Shown piece by piece: positions 62,096 through 64,000 of a stretch of 64,000 nucleotides of DNA. The notes below the pieces were generated by a model, which worked only from the letters and a program-made list of their open reading frames with translations, had not been told where the DNA came from and searched no databases. This stretch comes from Raillietiella orientalis. Its lineage: Eukaryota. Each line of letters opens with the position of its first letter. Within the stretch, counting starts at the first letter, position 1. The DNA lies in NCBI GenBank assembly GCA_036172245.1, contig JAYWIR010000006.1, positions 1,116,001 to 1,180,000 of the forward strand, read 5' to 3'. The position numbers were made by a program, and so were the translations under genes.

Positions 62096-62373
62096 GTAAT
62101 AAGAATTTTATCTTGTAAATTTGATCGCAAAAGGAAACTATGTTTACTATCTAAGAGAAGGAAACTGCTATATAGTACTATATATGTATATGTTAGGCTG
62201 TCGCTAGAAAGAAAGAAAAAAAAAAAAAATGATTTGACGGTCGCCTCTTCTTGTTAGCCGAAATTTGCTCTGTTGGAAGCAGTTTGAGTAATGATGATGA
62301 CGCAGATTCGATCGTGTCCTCTTGAGTTGACCAGGAGAAACCTCCAAAATGTGTTTTGTTCTCTTTTGTGTAG

Positions 62374-62594
62374 ACAACTTGAAAGCAAAACGGAGCTCAT
62401 GGTCACCGTACAGCTCTACTTGCAGTTCGCCAGTTCTTGAAAACAATTACGTGCAAAAATTAAAATCCCTGGAGGATGCTCTGAAGATTCCAATGGAGAA
62501 GTGGAAGGCTAATATGGTGTTAGCATGGCTGGAAATTGCTTTGGGGATGCACCAGTATAAGGTGGCATGTGCAGAAAACATCAGAAGCGGAAAG
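62374..62594 (+). CDS. kazn: kazrin exon, start of SAM1
   Basis: tgtgtag| acceptor and AAG|gtaaga donor. Encodes PMEKWKANMVLAWLEIALGMHQYKVACAENIRSGK. Confidence 0.95.
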
Positions 62595-62750
62595 GTAAGA
62601 CACTCAGTTCCCTTTGAAAAAAACGTTGCCGAAATTGCCTGCATTCGCCGATCAGAAATCGGCTTAGCGTAGTTTCCTCAACTTTTTCAACCTTAATTTT
62701 AGTAAAGAGGCAATGTAATGAGGATTTTCAAAGCGACTTTTTTTGCTCAG

Positions 62751-62939
62751 GTGCTTCTAGAGCTTACAGACGAAGAGTTCGAAAGTGGGCTTTCCATTCG
62801 GAATCCAATGCATCGCAAAAAACTCAGGTTAGCAGTCGAAGAACAAAGGAACTATGCATCAGTTAAATACCCTAAAATAAGACAATTAGACCATCTTTGG
62901 GTGTGCAACGAGTGGTTGATTGATTTAGGATTATCACAG
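62751..62939 (+). CDS. kazn: kazrin exon, SAM1 to SAM2
   Basis: gctcag| acceptor and CAG|gtaatt donor. Encodes VLLELTDEEFESGLSIRNPMHRKKLRLAVEE...LDHLWVCNEWLIDLGLSQ. Confidence 0.96.
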
Positions 62940-63592
62940 GTAATTCTTGCTACCCAATTCTTCAGCATCATTACTTATCGGAAATTTTTCCCGTCTTTCC
63001 AAATAATTTATTGCGAGCAACAAGCATTAGCACGCTTTCCTTTGCTCCACCAGAAGAGCTCAACAGCATCGGAATTCTGCTGTCGCAAGAATTTTGTTCT
63101 TTACTTCTTCTTTGTCCGTGCCATTGGAGGCAACGTCGCTCATAACTGGCATAGCCAGCAAGCAGATTAGTAATTAATGCAGATTAATGCTTTGTCGATT
63201 TCGGGTAGATTGAGATCACGTTAAGGGCGAATTTTCTTTTCTTTTTTTTTTTTCCCCCCCCCCACCCCATTCTGCGAACACCGCTCTTCTCTTCTTCACC
63301 ATTTCACTGTTCCCAAGCGGCGACTGCGTCCACCGCTTGGGCATCGCTTGGTTCCCATAAAGAACCATTGCCTGCACAAGTGTACTAAGGAATAAAGGGG
63401 ATTCCAAGTACGACATGGAGTTTCGAGCTTTTCAATGAGCAGGCTGTCGAATCCTTCAGTGATTATCTATCTAATCACTTCAGAAAGAACTAAAAAAAAA
63501 ATAGGCCTCTTTCAAAATAGAAAGAAAGCAAACTGTCTTAGGAACCTAATTAAGTACGATGCTCCTTTTAACAACTTAAACATGCTTTCTAG

Positions 63593-63875
63593 TATCGTGA
63601 AGCATTCATGACTTTTCTCGTCGATGGAAGAATGCTGGATAATCTAACCAAGAAAGAGCTCGAGAAGTATTTGGGGTTATCCAAAAAATTCCATCAAGCT
63701 TCCATCTTTCATGCAATTCAGCTATTGAAGATGATTGGTTATGATTTAGAGTTACTCCAGGAAAGAAGGGCAAGGAGTGAAAATTACAATATTGATCCTC
63801 TGTTCTGGACCAATAAAAGATTTGTGAAATGGGCAAGAAGCATTGATCTCGTCGAATATGCAGACAGTCTGATAA
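63593..63875 (+). CDS. kazn: kazrin exon, SAM2 to SAM3 (gene continues beyond the window)
   Basis: tttctag| acceptor and A|gtaagc donor. Encodes YREAFMTFLVDGRMLDNLTKKELEKYLG...DPLFWTNKRFVKWARSIDLVEYADSL. Confidence 0.96.
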
Positions 63876-64000
63876 GTAAGCATCCCATCCTTAATGTCCT
63901 ATCATTCGTTTATTTTATTGAGACAGCATTACCTTAGTCAAACTGTAATTAAAGCGCTGACCTCACAATGCCTTTGTTCATCATCAAATGTAAGCATTCA

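Noticed and set aside
1..64000. Conserved miRNAs, tRNA, rRNA, and Bearded/E(spl) genes
   Set aside because: A visual scan for several common arthropod mature miRNAs and for these gene signatures found nothing. An Infernal/Rfam and tRNAscan run would be needed to exclude them.

Overview
Intron-rich eukaryotic DNA, most likely from an arthropod judging by the protein sequences. Two genes can be built by hand from GT-AG junctions whose phases agree. (1) A complete neuralized (neur) E3 ligase on the minus strand, 5308-8648/8731: nine exons, 554 aa from MKVFKKIKKKIGL, with a basic lipid-binding motif, NHR1, NHR2 and a C-terminal RING. Three of its introns are only 44-56 nt. (2) The coiled-coil and SAM exons of a kazrin/Liprin-gamma gene on the plus strand, 55097-63875, running off the right edge. 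A probable upstream kazrin exon at about 30.6 kb suggests neur may be nested antisense in a kazrin intron. neur lies in a sharply bounded GC/CpG-rich domain (about 3.6-30.5 kb, with a second block at about 39.5-47.5 kb), which explains most of the spurious ORFs in the track. This domain also contains a TATA box, a compact neurogenic enhancer-like cluster (an exact Hairy/E(spl) GGCACGCGAC site, proneural E-boxes and five Sox AACAAT sites), and most of eight perfect Su(H) sites spread over 5-40 kb. It also holds what looks like a heavily decayed MATH-BTB-BACK (SPOP-like) relic at 14.4-16.6 kb. I found no rRNA, tRNA, CRISPR array or recognisable intact transposon. Family assignments come from remembered motifs, not database searches.
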